Shown piece by piece: positions 29,091 to 41,876 of a DNA stretch of 64,000 nucleotides (position 1 is its first letter; every line of letters starts with the position of its first letter). This DNA is from Verrucomicrobiota bacterium. GTDB lineage: Bacteria; Verrucomicrobiota; Kiritimatiellia; CAJWTS01. Made by a program: the position numbers and the translations under genes. The stretch spans positions 375 through 64,374 of the forward strand of contig JAQBYD010000014.1 of NCBI GenBank assembly GCA_027623315.1, given 5' to 3'. Under the pieces are notes generated by a model. The model did no database searches. It was given only the letters and a program-made list of their open reading frames with translations, and had not been told where the DNA came from.

Positions 29091-29474
29091 ATGATGGAGC
29101 AACCGGTTCCAGATGTAACAGATTCAGATGTGACTCGCGTCGTGCGGCGCGATTTTCAGTCGGATCAGGTCGTCGCGGTCATGGCACTCCTGCGTGAGTA
29201 CGAGACCGCGCAGTGGGAGGGCGGGCATCCTCGCGTCCTGCTCGCGACGCTGAAACTGGCGGAAGGCGATCTGGATTCTCTTCGTCGCCAGATCGACGTG
29301 GCGAAAACTGACTATCGTGATGTCCTCGCATGCGCCGAGTACCCGCAGTACATGAGAAGCGTTCCTCCAGGTGCTGACGGGTCCGGTCAAGAGGTGCAGG
29401 GCGTGATCCAACGGGACTGGACTCAATATCAGAACTGGTTGACAGAAACATATCCTAAAATCCGGGAGCAATGA
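29091..29474 (+). CDS. Hypothetical protein (127 aa)
   Basis: GAGG RBS; globular helical sequence (RVVRRDF...RVLLATLKLAEGD...AKTDYRDVLACAEYP...DWTQYQNW). Confidence 0.7.
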   Translation: MMEQPVPDVTDSDVTRVVRRDFQSDQVVAVMALLREYETAQWEGGHPRVLLATLKLAEGDLDSLRRQIDVAKTDYRDVLACAEYPQYMRSVPPGADGSGQEVQGVIQRDWTQYQNWLTETYPKIREQ

Positions 29475-29495
29475 GTACCGAACGGTGCCGAACTT

Positions 29496-30254
29496 ATGAA
29501 AATCATCACTGGCAATCTGAAGGGTGGACGAACCGCGCCGGCTCCAAGCATTGAGTGCTGGATCCCGGAGCAGGAGCACAACGGAATCGGCCTGGTCATT
29601 TTTCCGGGCGGCGCGTATGGCGGCCTTGCGGAGCACGAGGGGAAGGGATATGCGGAGCACTTTTCCAAGGCCGGCATCGCTTGTTTCGTGGTCTCCTATC
29701 GGCTGGGCTCCGCCGGGTTCCGACATCCGGCGATGCTGGAAGATGCACTCGCGGCGATCTACGCCATACGGTCCAGCGCCGGGGAGCACGGGGTGGACCC
29801 GCATCGTTTGGGTGTCATGGGGTCGTCGGCCGGCGGACATCTCGCTGCGCATACGCTCGTCGCATGGAATCAGGTCGAGAGCGACGTCTCGTTGCGCCCG
29901 GATTTCGGTGTCTTGTGTTATCCGGTTATAACCTCGCAGGGCGCCTATGCACACGAGGGTTCCATGCTCAACCTCGCCGGCGAGGCCGCCTCAGTTTCGT
30001 TGCTGGACGAGCTTTCATGCGAGAAGCATGTCTGCGCAGATACGCCGCCCTGCTTCATCTGGCACACCGCGGAAGACGCGGGCGTCCCCGCCGAGAACAG
30101 CATGTTGTTCGCTTCAGCCCTGAGGGAGCATGCGGTGTCCTTCGAACTCCATGTCTATGCGAAGGGCAGGCACGGCATCGGTCTTACCGCGCCGTTTGCG
30201 TGGGAAACCGATTGTCTGCGCTGGATCCAGGAGGCTGCGCCGCCGCCGCGTTGA
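29496..30254 (+). CDS. Alpha/beta hydrolase (acetyl-esterase-like)
   Basis: FPGGAY, nucleophile elbow GSSAGG, HTAED, GRHG. Confidence 0.9.
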   Translation: MKIITGNLKGGRTAPAPSIECWIPEQEHNGIGLVIFPGGAYGGLAEHEGKGYAEHFSKAGIACFVVSYRLGSAGFRHPAMLEDALAAIYAIRSSAGEHGVDPHRLGVMGSSAGGHLAAHTLVAWNQVESDVSLRPDFGVLCYPVITSQGAYAHEGSMLNLAGEAASVSLLDELSCEKHVCADTPPCFIWHTAEDAGVPAENSMLFASALREHAVSFELHVYAKGRHGIGLTAPFAWETDCLRWIQEAAPPPR

Positions 30255-30395
30255 CCGGCCTCGGTTACGTGCGAATGCGACTCTCATCGGAGCGGGTCGG
30301 ATCCGCGTTGCAATCCTCTCTGGGGAATCCTATATTGCCGCCGCCCCAAGTTCGCCCTCGCGGCGAACCACGGAGCGGACCCGCAACCCTTTCGG

Positions 30396-30472
30396 GGGCG
30401 ATTAGCTCAGTTGGCTAGAGCGCCTGCTTCACACGCAGGAGGTCACAGGTTCAAGTCCTGTATCGCCCACCA
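30396..30472 (+). tRNA. tRNA-Val (anticodon CAC)
   Basis: Acceptor stem GGGCGAT/ATCGCCC plus ACCA; D arm AGCTCAGTTGGCTAGAGC; anticodon arm CCTGC-TTCACAC-GCAGG; T loop GGTTCAAGTCC. Confidence 0.97.
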
Positions 30473-30514
30473 GCCTACGCTCGCGCGCGACGGAGTTGCG
30501 CGCGAGCGTAGGCT
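30473..30514. repeat. Long hairpin directly after the tRNA (REP-like or terminator)
   Basis: GCCTACGCTCGCGCGC ... GCGCGCGAGCGTAGGC inverted repeat. Confidence 0.7.
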
Positions 30515-30733
30515 GCCCACCGTAGCTTTAGCGTAGGAGGGCCCGACGGATCAACACCATTAAAACGGCGATAAATCCCGCATGCGGCATCTCCCCGACG
30601 GCATGCGACATCATGCGACGATGAAATTCGATCGCACACACATCAACACACACGCCCGACTCCTGCCTGATTATGACCGGATGACTTTTCTGACCTTACG
30701 GGGGCGAAAATCAATGCTGGGGTTCAGTTCTGC

Positions 30734-31570
30734 CTACGCAGTGAAAAAGGGTTGCCACTGGGTGCCGTGTTTGGGCGCGTCAAAGCTGGACGGCGCATGT
30801 AGGTGCTTCTCGATGACCACGACATAGGGATAGAAATGTATTGAATGACATGACGACTGAAAGGGCGTTGTTTCACGTCCGAGTACGTCTCGACTCGATG
30901 TCTTGTTTAACTCAGCAATCAGTCCGTTGGCGTATGCAACGAATTCGTGATGGATGCCGTGAACGTCCTCGCAGAGATAGACACCACCGGGGCGAAGTTG
31001 AGGCAGCATCTTCTCCAACGTCACCATTTGCTGATTCGGCATATGACCGCCATCATCGATCAGGATATCAATGCCCTGTACCTCACTGTTGAATCGTGTC
31101 CAAAATCCTGGGTCGCCCTGATCTCCGATGAATACCGTCACGTTTTCACTTTCATACGCCATACATGCTTCCTCAATATCAACGCCGTATATGTGGCATC
31201 TGTCCCCGAAATAGGAAGACCACATGTTCAGACTCCCGCCACTGTAGATGCCAATCTCAAGAAGGTTTACAGGCGACCCTACGAACCTGGACAAGTGGCG
31301 GTGGTAGATGTCGAAATAGTGCTCCCATTTCCAAATTCCATGTCCTTCCGTGAGACCCGTGAAATAGTTCCAAAGAGGATTTTCTGGTGACGGTGTATTG
31401 GAAGACGGGGACTCCGATGGCTTAGCGGCAGCGCATTCTTTCCAGTTGCGAGCGAACGCGTAACCCCGTGCATAGCGCAACGGCAGGAGAAACCATCTCA
31501 ATCGGTCTCGCAGCCTGATCGCTCTGGCGAAAACCCTACGCGGCATCATTCGTTTCAGGAGAGCTTTCAT
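30734..31570 (-). CDS. Class I SAM-dependent methyltransferase (sugar O-methyltransferase-like)
   Basis: KWEHYFDIY, LLEIGIYSGGS, YGVDI, IGDQ, DILIDDGGH, PGGVYLCED. Confidence 0.85.
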   Translation of the reverse strand: MKALLKRMMPRRVFARAIRLRDRLRWFLLPLRYARGYAFARNWKECAAAKPSESPSSNTPSPENPLWNYFTGLTEGHGIWKWEHYFDIYHRHLSRFVGSPVNLLEIGIYSGGSLNMWSSYFGDRCHIYGVDIEEACMAYESENVTVFIGDQGDPGFWTRFNSEVQGIDILIDDGGHMPNQQMVTLEKMLPQLRPGGVYLCEDVHGIHHEFVAYANGLIAELNKTSSRDVLGRETTPFQSSCHSIHFYPYVVVIEKHLHAPSSFDAPKHGTQWQPFFTA

Positions 31571-31822
31571 AGGATCATCTTTTCAGTCTGATACTTTCGT
31601 CCAACGAATACACGTCCTTACACTCAGGATTCACTTCCCCGGGTGCATCATGCGCGTCCACCATTCAGAGCGGAGTCTACGCCCCCGCCTCGCCCACGCA
31701 ACGCCAATGATGGCCCCTTGGTAGCGATTTCGGTCTGGGTTGGGTGCGGTGAGCTTTGCGGTGTCACTTCGCACAATGACAGTCACCCCTTACGCGCCGA
31801 ATAACCAGCGACGCGGGTAGAC

Positions 31823-32764
31823 TCAGGCGTCAGCAGACTCAGCAGGCGCAGGCTCCGGCTCCGGCTCGCGACGGCGCAGGAGGATGCTTTCGCGAAGCGC
31901 TCCGCTGATATAGGCAACTTGAGCCATCACGATGAGCGCTGCGTTGCGCCACGACCTGCCGCGTAGCCAGCCGTCCGTGCGGAACGGGCAGGTCACGAGG
32001 CGAAGGTAGAAGGTCACGGGTTCCGGCGTGCGGCCGTTTCCCCGCTCACTGCGCCGCGCTGCGCGGATTCGGTGGTAGTGTGGTGCGCCGCGGCCGTAGA
32101 CATGATGCTGGCGCCAGAACCCTCGAAAGGTTGTGTCGCGCGCATGGGCAACGCGCGCATCCTGCACAAACTCGTGCGGTAAGCCGGCGTCGTTCCAGTG
32201 ATCGCACAGTTCCCGGTCTTCGCTGCCGACGCTTTTCAGCAGCGGGCTGAAGCCTCCCAGGACCTGGAAGAGGTCACGCGGCGCGGCCATATTGTTCCCT
32301 GTGAACAAGGGCGCGCTGTGATCGGTGCTGTTGAAGTACTCGTAGAGGAAACTGGTGAGCACCTGGCTGGCCTCCGCATACGGATTTGCGGGCAGACTGT
32401 TGAAGGTCGTGCCGCCAAGAAGCGCCGTAGGGGATCGTTCGAACTGCCTCGCGAACGCCGACAACCAGCCGGGCTGCGGGACGCAATCGTCGTCGGTGAA
32501 GGCCAACCATTGACCGTGGGCGACAAGGGCTCCGGCATTACGCGCGGGGCCAGGCCCCTGCTGCGCCTGGCGCTCGAAGCGGATGCGCAGGCCACGCGTC
32601 GCGTCGTGCACGAGCGGTTCAAGGGGATCCGGCGATCCATCGTCAACGACCACGACCTCGTAACGCTCGCGCGGGTAGTCCTGGCCGTCGAGGGCCTCCA
32701 GGCAGCGCCGAAGCGATTCGGGTCGCCGATGGGCAGGCACGATGATCGAGAAGTCGAGACTCAT
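31823..32764 (-). CDS. Glycosyltransferase family 2
   Basis: FSIIVPA, VVDDGS, GPGPARN, FTDDDC, SEDRE. Confidence 0.9.
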   Translation of the reverse strand: MSLDFSIIVPAHRRPESLRRCLEALDGQDYPRERYEVVVVDDGSPDPLEPLVHDATRGLRIRFERQAQQGPGPARNAGALVAHGQWLAFTDDDCVPQPGWLSAFARQFERSPTALLGGTTFNSLPANPYAEASQVLTSFLYEYFNSTDHSAPLFTGNNMAAPRDLFQVLGGFSPLLKSVGSEDRELCDHWNDAGLPHEFVQDARVAHARDTTFRGFWRQHHVYGRGAPHYHRIRAARRSERGNGRTPEPVTFYLRLVTCPFRTDGWLRGRSWRNAALIVMAQVAYISGALRESILLRRREPEPEPAPAESADA

Positions 32765-33735
32765 GCCGGCTGTGATGGAACCTGAATCCGTTCGGACGCG
32801 TGAAGGAATCTGCCGCGATGGAACTCAAGGTCGAGGCACCGTCGCAGTGAACCGGCCTCGCCCGAGACGTATCCCAGCCCCTCGCCGGCGCCCGAGACGA
32901 CCAGGTTTAGAAACATTGCCGGCAGGGCTCCAAGGGCTCGTGCGTGGCCAAGCGTAGCCGTCATGATAGGCCAGATTCGGCGTATCCGGGCCAGGGGAAT
33001 CAGGGGCCACAGGACGGCTAGCTTGACGCGCTCGGTTGGAGTCAACCGTGCGCAACGGTAGGCGGCGAAGACACGCGAGAACGCCCAGGAGAATTGCAGG
33101 GTCGGCCAGAAGCGTGAGCAGTTCCAGTGGAATGCGTGGACGTCAGGATCGGCGTAGAGGCGCGAGCCCTTTTCCACCATGTCCCAATGCAGGATCGTCT
33201 CCACTTCGAGCCACCAGGCCAGGTCAGGTTCGTAGGCCATGAGATCCTCGCGGCGATACGAGCTGTTGTGACCGGGAAGTTGACGCTGACTTCCCTTGGG
33301 GCCGAGTGGGCTGCTCGAGCCGTAGTCCATGATGAACTGCACGCAGCTCGAGATGGTGTTGGGGTTGGCATTGGTCACGGTGGGACCGACGCCGGCCCAT
33401 TCGCCTTCAGCGTACCGTCGGAGGATCTTCTCGGCCCAGTCCGGAGCGGGGTAGCAGTGATCCTCCGTTAGGGCGATGATGGGTGCCGTGGCGCCCCGGA
33501 CGCCCGCGGCGGTCACCTCGCCGAGACTCGACACGCTGGGAGCGCTGACCCGTTCGACGGAATGGAAGCCCGCCAGCACGTCGTCAGGAACGGCGAGCGC
33601 CTCGAGTGTTGGGCCGACGAGCACCAGTTGGATCTGCGCCCTGATCGTCTGGGTCTGCAATGCCGCCAGCGTGTTACCCATCGTGTGCCACGTATCCGGT
33701 GTGATCACGATGGCGGAAATCGCGGGCTCATTCAT
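32761..33735 (-). CDS. Glycosyltransferase family 2-like protein
   Basis: ISAIV, IIALTEDHC, GHNSSY. ATGA overlap with the next GT2. Confidence 0.75.
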   Translation of the reverse strand: MNEPAISAIVITPDTWHTMGNTLAALQTQTIRAQIQLVLVGPTLEALAVPDDVLAGFHSVERVSAPSVSSLGEVTAAGVRGATAPIIALTEDHCYPAPDWAEKILRRYAEGEWAGVGPTVTNANPNTISSCVQFIMDYGSSSPLGPKGSQRQLPGHNSSYRREDLMAYEPDLAWWLEVETILHWDMVEKGSRLYADPDVHAFHWNCSRFWPTLQFSWAFSRVFAAYRCARLTPTERVKLAVLWPLIPLARIRRIWPIMTATLGHARALGALPAMFLNLVVSGAGEGLGYVSGEAGSLRRCLDLEFHRGRFLHASERIQVPSQPA

Positions 33736-33850
33736 TCGAGAGAGCCTCCGTTGCGCGCGCTGCTATCGCCGGTGTCACGTACATGCATAGACGTCAACAT
33801 CTCCATCACACGACGTCAATTTCTAACGTGTTGTTCGTTGGAGCGAAGCG

Positions 33851-34603
33851 TCACGTCAACCCGCCGTCGACGTGCAGCACCTGCCCGGTGATGTATGCGG
33901 CGCGGTCGGAGAGCAGGAACGTGACGGCGCGCGCTACGTCCTCGGGCTGTCCAAGTCGCTGCATGGGAATCTGAAGATTGTCGCGCATCGCGTCGCTCAG
34001 CACGGCCGTCATGGCGCTCTCGATCAAACCGGGCGAGACCGCGTTGACCCGGATTCCGAAACGCGCACTTTCGAACGCGAGGCTCCTGGTGATGCTGACC
34101 ATTGCGGCCTTGGATGCGGCGTAGTCGGCGCCCATCCACTTGCCCGGGCCGTGTGCCGAGATGGATGCGATGTTCACGATCGCACCCGATTTCTGTTTGC
34201 GCATGGCCGAATAGGCTTCGCGCATGGCGCACAGGGCGGACTCGATATTCAAGGATTGCGTCGCGCGCCAGGTCTCGAGATGCATGCCTCGGAAGGCGGC
34301 CGCTTTTCCCGCGCCGGCGTTATTCACCAGGCCGTCTATGCGCGCGCACCGTTCGAGGACGCTTTGCACCAGGGCGGCACCGGCGCTCGGTTCCTGCAGA
34401 TCAGCGGCGAGAGGGATCGTGCGTGCCGGGTTGTCGGAGAGTTGGGCGGCGACGTCGCGGACAACGGACTCATCGCGTCCGTGCAGGGCTACGATGGCGC
34501 CGTGATCGAGAAGATCGGCGGCAATGGCACGTCCGATTCCACGGGTGGAACCGGTGACGAGAATGACTTGGTCCTGGAGGAGAGTGGACAAACGAAGCGT
34601 CAC
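33851..34603 (-). CDS. SDR oxidoreductase (FabG-like)
   Basis: TGSTRGIG, NNAG, YAASK, NAVSPG, TGQVLHVDGG. Confidence 0.9.
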   Translation of the reverse strand: MTLRLSTLLQDQVILVTGSTRGIGRAIAADLLDHGAIVALHGRDESVVRDVAAQLSDNPARTIPLAADLQEPSAGAALVQSVLERCARIDGLVNNAGAGKAAAFRGMHLETWRATQSLNIESALCAMREAYSAMRKQKSGAIVNIASISAHGPGKWMGADYAASKAAMVSITRSLAFESARFGIRVNAVSPGLIESAMTAVLSDAMRDNLQIPMQRLGQPEDVARAVTFLLSDRAAYITGQVLHVDGGLT

Positions 34604-35691
34604 GTCTGCAGGATACCGCTGCTCTCGTCCAGGAAGATGCCCTGCAGATTCATGCGCAGGGCTTCGGGGTTTGAGGACGCGGCCATGCCGTCGGCTTCGG
34701 TGATCTTGCCTGCCGTAATCAGATCGTAACAGGACTGGTTGAAGGACTGCATTCCGTCCTCTTTGCCCTTTTCGACGGCCTGGGCCAGGATGTCGAGCTG
34801 GTTTCGTACGAGGAGCTTGCGGACGGTTGGCGAGTTGATCAGAATCTCCACGGCGGGAACGACGCCGCCCTGGATGGAAGGCACGAGGCGTTGGCAGACG
34901 ACCGCACGAAGGTTCTCCGACATTGCGAGTCGTGTCTTGTCGCGCTCGTGCGAAGGGAACACGTCCAGAATACGCGGAATCGCCTGGCTGGCCGTGTTGG
35001 CGTGGACCGACGAGAAGATCAAGTGACCGGTTTCGGAGGCGAGCATCGCAATCATGATACTGACCTCATCACGCATCTCGCCGATCATGATGACATCCGG
35101 ATCCTGGCGTAGCAGGTAGCGCAGCGAACGCTCGTAAGACACGGTATCGAGGCCGACCTCGCGTTGGGTGATCGTGGCACGCTCGTCTTGGAACAGGTAC
35201 TCGATGGGGTCCTCTACCGTGATGATTCTTCGGTCCTGGGTCCTATTGATCTCGTTGACCAGCGCGGCCAGGGTCGTGGATTTTCCGCTTCCGGTCGTGC
35301 CGGCGAGCAGGACGATACCGCGCTTTATCTTGGAAAGTTCAGCAATCTGCGGGGGGAGATTCAACTCCTCGCACGTTGCGATGTTCGTTTTGACGTGTCG
35401 CATCGCGAGCGCCGGAATCTGCTGAGCCTTGAAGACGTTGACTCTAAAACGCCCGACCCCTTCCTCCTCGTGCGAGAAGTCCGCCTCGTGAAATGACGCG
35501 TATGGTTCGGTCAGGTGGGGAGGCATGATGTCGTCGACGATCTCCGTGAGGTCTTCGGCGGAGAGCGCGTCGAACCGGCTGGCAACCAATGCGCCACTGA
35601 TTCGCAAGATGGGTCCCTTGCCGAACTTAAGATGCACGTCTGAGGCGCCGGACTCGACAGCGCTTGCGAGCAGGTCATGGATGATGGACAT
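34600..35691 (-). CDS. PilT/PilU-family type IV pilus retraction ATPase
   Basis: ASDVHL, RFRVN, GTTGSGKSTT, EDPIE, LRQDPDVIMIGEMRD, ETGHL, GMQSF. Confidence 0.92.
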   Translation of the reverse strand: MSIIHDLLASAVESGASDVHLKFGKGPILRISGALVASRFDALSAEDLTEIVDDIMPPHLTEPYASFHEADFSHEEEGVGRFRVNVFKAQQIPALAMRHVKTNIATCEELNLPPQIAELSKIKRGIVLLAGTTGSGKSTTLAALVNEINRTQDRRIITVEDPIEYLFQDERATITQREVGLDTVSYERSLRYLLRQDPDVIMIGEMRDEVSIMIAMLASETGHLIFSSVHANTASQAIPRILDVFPSHERDKTRLAMSENLRAVVCQRLVPSIQGGVVPAVEILINSPTVRKLLVRNQLDILAQAVEKGKEDGMQSFNQSCYDLITAGKITEADGMAASSNPEALRMNLQGIFLDESSGILQT

Positions 35692-35772
35692 ACGATGCGT
35701 TTCCTTTTGCGTTCGATGCTATGCGGGCTCCTCTAAACACCAGTCTGATGCGGCCGGAATCGCCTGTCAACG

Positions 35773-36867
35773 TCACATCATCCGCGAACTCATGCTGACA
35801 CCAACCGCGCAGAAGACGATATTGGGCAGCCATGCGCTGGACCAACTCGGAATAACGCTTTGAATTCCCATGTACATTCCAATTTGGAGCAACGCGTAGT
35901 ATCCAAAGAGTGCTGATAGAGCAAGTATGATGCCAAGCATGGCCCCGGAGCGGCCGGTGCGCGCACCGGCCGGAATCGCGAACAGCAGCACGACGAGGCA
36001 CGTCCATGGCGACGCGAGACGTTGGTGAAACTGAACTCTGTAGCGTGCGAGTTCCCGGTCTGTGAGATAGGGACGTGTTGCGATGTAGCGGTGGAGTTCC
36101 GTGGTAGTCAGCAGGTCGACGGGTCGTATGTCGCCGTTCACCAGGTCGTCCGGCTGGGTTCGGATGTCCCGCCGTTCGACCGGGATCTCCGCATGCTCGC
36201 TGCGCGACACAACCTGGTCGTCGTCGTCGGTGATTTCCGATACGTAACCGAAGAACCACCAGGCGCCGTCCATCCATTCCGCCCGCGTCGCGGCGATCTC
36301 CTCGCGGAGACCTTGTTGATCGGTGTTGCGCGTGACGATGACGCTGTGCGCGATGTGCGGCTTGGTGGCGTCGAGCCGCTCGATCCACCAGATCGAGCGG
36401 GTCTGGCCGTCCATATAGGCGATCTTCTCGTGGATCGTAGCGATCGCGTCCGGATCCGATCGAGTCTTGAAGAAGGTGGTCGTATAATTCAGAGCTCGCG
36501 GCACCACGGTTTCCTTGAGCACCGCGATCAGGATCACAAAACCCAGACCGACGGTCAGGAAGGGGGTCATGAGCCGCCAGCGGCTGACGCCGGAGGCCCG
36601 CATCGCCGTGAGCTCATTGTGCCGCGTGAGCTTGGCGAGCGTGTAAAGTGCCGAGAGTAGGAGTGCCGCCGGCGTGATTAATTCGAGCACCGGAACGAGT
36701 AGAAACCCGTAGTAGGTCAGGATTTCGACCGGCTGAACATGGTGCTCGAGGAACTTCTTGAGGTTGCTGAAAAGGTCGATAATGACGAATAGCATGCAGA
36801 ATGTGAGCAGGTTGTAGGTGAGTGGAGTCAAATACTCACGGTAGAGATGGCGGTCGATAATCTTCAT
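35773..36867 (-). CDS. LptF/LptG-family LPS export permease (LptG-like)
   Basis: MKIIDRHL, NELTAMRASGVS, 3+3 TM helices around a periplasmic domain, AWLPN. Confidence 0.88.
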   Translation of the reverse strand: MKIIDRHLYREYLTPLTYNLLTFCMLFVIIDLFSNLKKFLEHHVQPVEILTYYGFLLVPVLELITPAALLLSALYTLAKLTRHNELTAMRASGVSRWRLMTPFLTVGLGFVILIAVLKETVVPRALNYTTTFFKTRSDPDAIATIHEKIAYMDGQTRSIWWIERLDATKPHIAHSVIVTRNTDQQGLREEIAATRAEWMDGAWWFFGYVSEITDDDDQVVSRSEHAEIPVERRDIRTQPDDLVNGDIRPVDLLTTTELHRYIATRPYLTDRELARYRVQFHQRLASPWTCLVVLLFAIPAGARTGRSGAMLGIILALSALFGYYALLQIGMYMGIQSVIPSWSSAWLPNIVFCAVGVSMSSRMM

Positions 36868-36925
36868 CTTGGTTGGCGTGATAACAGGCCCCAGGCAGGG
36901 CAGATCCTGGCCATGACATTGTCAG

Positions 36926-36955
36926 TTGACGCACGCGAGGCCTGTTTTGTAGTTT
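36926..36955 (+). promoter_or_regulatory. Putative sigma70 promoter of the gap-pgk-tpiA operon
   Basis: TTGACG-18 nt-TAGTTT, upstream of an AGGAGG RBS. Confidence 0.45.
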
Positions 36956-37001
36956 ATGCGGCTTCACGTCAAGCGGTAGAAACACTCCCAGGAGGATTTG
37001 A

Positions 37002-38009
<1,008 letters not shown>

Positions 38010-38131
38010 GGATCGGCTGCCCGACATCCCAAAGTTACCGCATCACCGCCGGCCAGGTCGCCGGCGTGCCGTCGCGACCCGCTGCGGAGATGAGAATGTA
38101 TTGCGCCACCGACCTGACGGAGACGAGAACG

Positions 38132-39375
<1,244 letters not shown>

Positions 39376-39376
<1 letters not shown>

Positions 39377-40146
39377 TGGCAAAATATAGAAAAAAGATTG
39401 TCGCGGGCAACTGGAAGATGAATCTCTCCATCGCCGAGGCGACCGAGTTGGCATCGAGCGTTGCACGTGGGCTTGCGGAGGTGCGCGAGGTGGACGTTGT
39501 ATTGTGTCCGCCCTTCACCGCGCTGGGCGCGGTTGGCGATGCGATCTCCGGCGGCAGCATCAAGTTGGGCGCACAGAACATGTATTGGGAGAAAGATGGA
39601 GCGTTCACCGGCGAGATTTCCGCGGCGATGCTGCGCGGGCTGTTTTGTCGATACGTGATCCTTGGCCATAGCGAACGCCGTACGCATTTCGGCGACACCG
39701 ATGAGGTCGTGAATCGAAAGGTCCGGACCGCGCTGGAGAGTAGTCTGGAGCCCATTGTCTGCGTCGGTGAAAGCCTCGAGCAGCGTGAGGCAGGCGAGAC
39801 CAACGAGGTGTTGGAGGCGCAGCTGCGGGCTAGTCTGGCGGATCTCGGTGCGGATTACGGCAAGGTTATTGTGGCGTATGAGCCGGTTTGGGCGATTGGG
39901 AGCGGTCTGACGGCCGCCCCCGCCCAGGCCCAGGATGCTCACGCCTGGATTCGGAGTGTGGTGGGCGAGATCGCCGGTTCCGAGGTTGCCGATAGCCTCC
40001 GGATTCAGTACGGTGGCAGTGTGAAGGCGGATAACGCGCGTGAGTTGATGTCGCAGGCTGACGTCGATGGCGCGCTTGTCGGAGGCGCATCACTCGAGTC
40101 ACGTTCATTCGTGGAGATTGTTCGGGCCGGTGTCCCGAACGACTAG
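39376..40146 (+). CDS. tpiA: Triosephosphate isomerase
   Basis: AGNWKMN, GHSERR, AYEPVWAIG, YGGSV, LVGGASL. Confidence 0.98.
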
Positions 40147-40179
40147 GACAAGGACCAACCCAGAGCGGGAAAAAGCACA

Positions 40180-40722
40180 ATGGCTGACGTATTACGCTAC
40201 TTATTGATATTCGTTGAGGTGTTCAGCAGTTTTCTGCTGATCGGAGCGATTCTGATCCAGAAGAGCAAGGGGCAGGGGCTCGGCATGGGATTCGGCCAGG
40301 CGATGGGTGAGACATTCCTCGGCGCCCAGGCGGGCAATGTCTTGACCAAGTCAACCGTCACTCTGGCGATCGTCTTCTTCGTGAATACGATGCTGTTGGC
40401 GTATCTCTATTCTGACCAGATCGGCGGCGGATCGATCATGGAGGACTACTCGACGCTGCAGCCGGTTCCCGTACCGCAAACGCTCCCCGATCCCCAGTTC
40501 GCGACCCCGCCCGAGGGCGATCTGCTGACGGCACCCCCCGGGAGTACGCCGGACTTCGCACCCATCGCGCCGCCGCAGACGGAGATCCTGCCCATCGCCC
40601 CGCCGCAGGCAGACGTTGAAGCGGTCGAGCCCCCGGCGACCGTCGAGACCGTGGAGCCGATTCAAGTGGCCCCCGTCCCGGACGAGGACGCTGCCGCGCC
40701 GGCCCCCAACGCAGGCGAGTGA
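40180..40722 (+). CDS. secG: Preprotein translocase subunit SecG with a long Pro/acidic tail
   Basis: ILIQKSKGQGLG...GNVLTK with two TM helices; classic position after tpiA. Confidence 0.9.
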   Translation: MADVLRYLLIFVEVFSSFLLIGAILIQKSKGQGLGMGFGQAMGETFLGAQAGNVLTKSTVTLAIVFFVNTMLLAYLYSDQIGGGSIMEDYSTLQPVPVPQTLPDPQFATPPEGDLLTAPPGSTPDFAPIAPPQTEILPIAPPQADVEAVEPPATVETVEPIQVAPVPDEDAAAPAPNAGE

Positions 40723-40729
40723 TCGGAGT

Positions 40730-40881
40730 CCTTTGGAGTGCGGCGGCCTGACGCCGCTTTTCTTGCGGCTGGCTTGCCAGACGCGGGCACTGCCCACGTT
40801 TATTGATGATACCGATGTCTTGCTAGGTCGCCGACGAGTCGGCGACAAGAAAAGCGGCGTCAGGCCGCCGCACTCCAAAGG
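40730..40881. repeat. REP/MITE-like element with perfect 36-bp inverted arms
   Basis: 40730-40765 CCTTTGGAGTGCGGCGGCCTGACGCCGCTTTTCTTG is the reverse complement of 40846-40881. Internal hairpin GTCGCCGAC/GTCGGCGAC. Confidence 0.9.
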
Positions 40882-41014
40882 CGTTTCTCCGGCTTCGTGA
40901 CTGGAGGATGCTCAGTCCGAAGCAGGAGAAATGCAGAAAGCATCATCTTTTGTGAAGGGACGCCGCATCCAGCGTCGGCACGTTTCCACGTGATGAATCC
41001 GGTCCCACAGATCG

Positions 41015-41869
41015 TCACGCTCTGCGCGTATGCCGCGGATCCAGCGCGTCGCGCAGCCCGTCACCAACAAAGTTGAGCGCGAAGAGCGCAAGCGATAGCA
41101 CGGCGCCGGGATAAATCAGCAACCAGGGATACGACTCCATCGACTCTGCGCCGGTCTTGATCAGGAGGCCCCAGGACGATTGGGGCAGTTGCACGCCCAG
41201 TCCAAGGAAACTGATGAACGATTCCAGCAGAATGACCTGCGGGATCGTGAGCGTGGTGTAGACAATGATCGGGCCCAACGCGTTTGGAAGAATATGACGA
41301 AAGATGATCCGGGCCTTGGAGTATCCAAGTACGACCGCGGCCTGCACGAACTCCTGCTGGCGAATCGCCAGCACCTGCCCGCGAATGATCCTGGCCATGG
41401 TCAGCCATTCCACGGCACCGATCACGGCGAAGAGCAGGAAAATATTGCGTCCGAAGACCACAGTCAGGATGATCACGAAGATCGTGAATGGTAACGCGTA
41501 GAGGATGTCCACGATTCGCATCATGATCGTGTCGGTGCGCGCGCCGCAATAGCCGGAGACGGAGCCGTAGGTCACGCCGATGACCAGCGAGACCGCGGTC
41601 GCGCAGATCCCCACCATCAGCGACGTCCTTCCGCCATAGAGAACGCGCGTGAACAGGTCGCGCCCCAGGACGTCGGTGCCGAACCAGTGCCGTGCAGACG
41701 GCGGCGTGGCGCCGATGCCGAGTAGGGGATCCGGCTCATCATACGTGTACGGTGTGGCCACGGGAGCCAACAACGAAAATCCGGCGAGGACAATCATCAG
41801 AATCACACCCATGCATGCCAGGCGGTTGCGCAGGAAGCGGTGCAGGACTTCTTTGGACTCCGGATTCAT
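41015..41869 (-). CDS. oppC: Oligopeptide ABC permease, OppC-like
   Basis: HWFGTDVLGRD, EFVQAA..LG, RHILPN, GDGLRDALDP. Confidence 0.9.
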   Translation of the reverse strand: MNPESKEVLHRFLRNRLACMGVILMIVLAGFSLLAPVATPYTYDEPDPLLGIGATPPSARHWFGTDVLGRDLFTRVLYGGRTSLMVGICATAVSLVIGVTYGSVSGYCGARTDTIMMRIVDILYALPFTIFVIILTVVFGRNIFLLFAVIGAVEWLTMARIIRGQVLAIRQQEFVQAAVVLGYSKARIIFRHILPNALGPIIVYTTLTIPQVILLESFISFLGLGVQLPQSSWGLLIKTGAESMESYPWLLIYPGAVLSLALFALNFVGDGLRDALDPRHTRRA

Positions 41870-41876
41870 GGGGATC

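Noticed and set aside
30396..31800. Prophage or integrative element at tRNA-Val
   Set aside because: No integrase, phage genes or duplicated tRNA 3' end seen.
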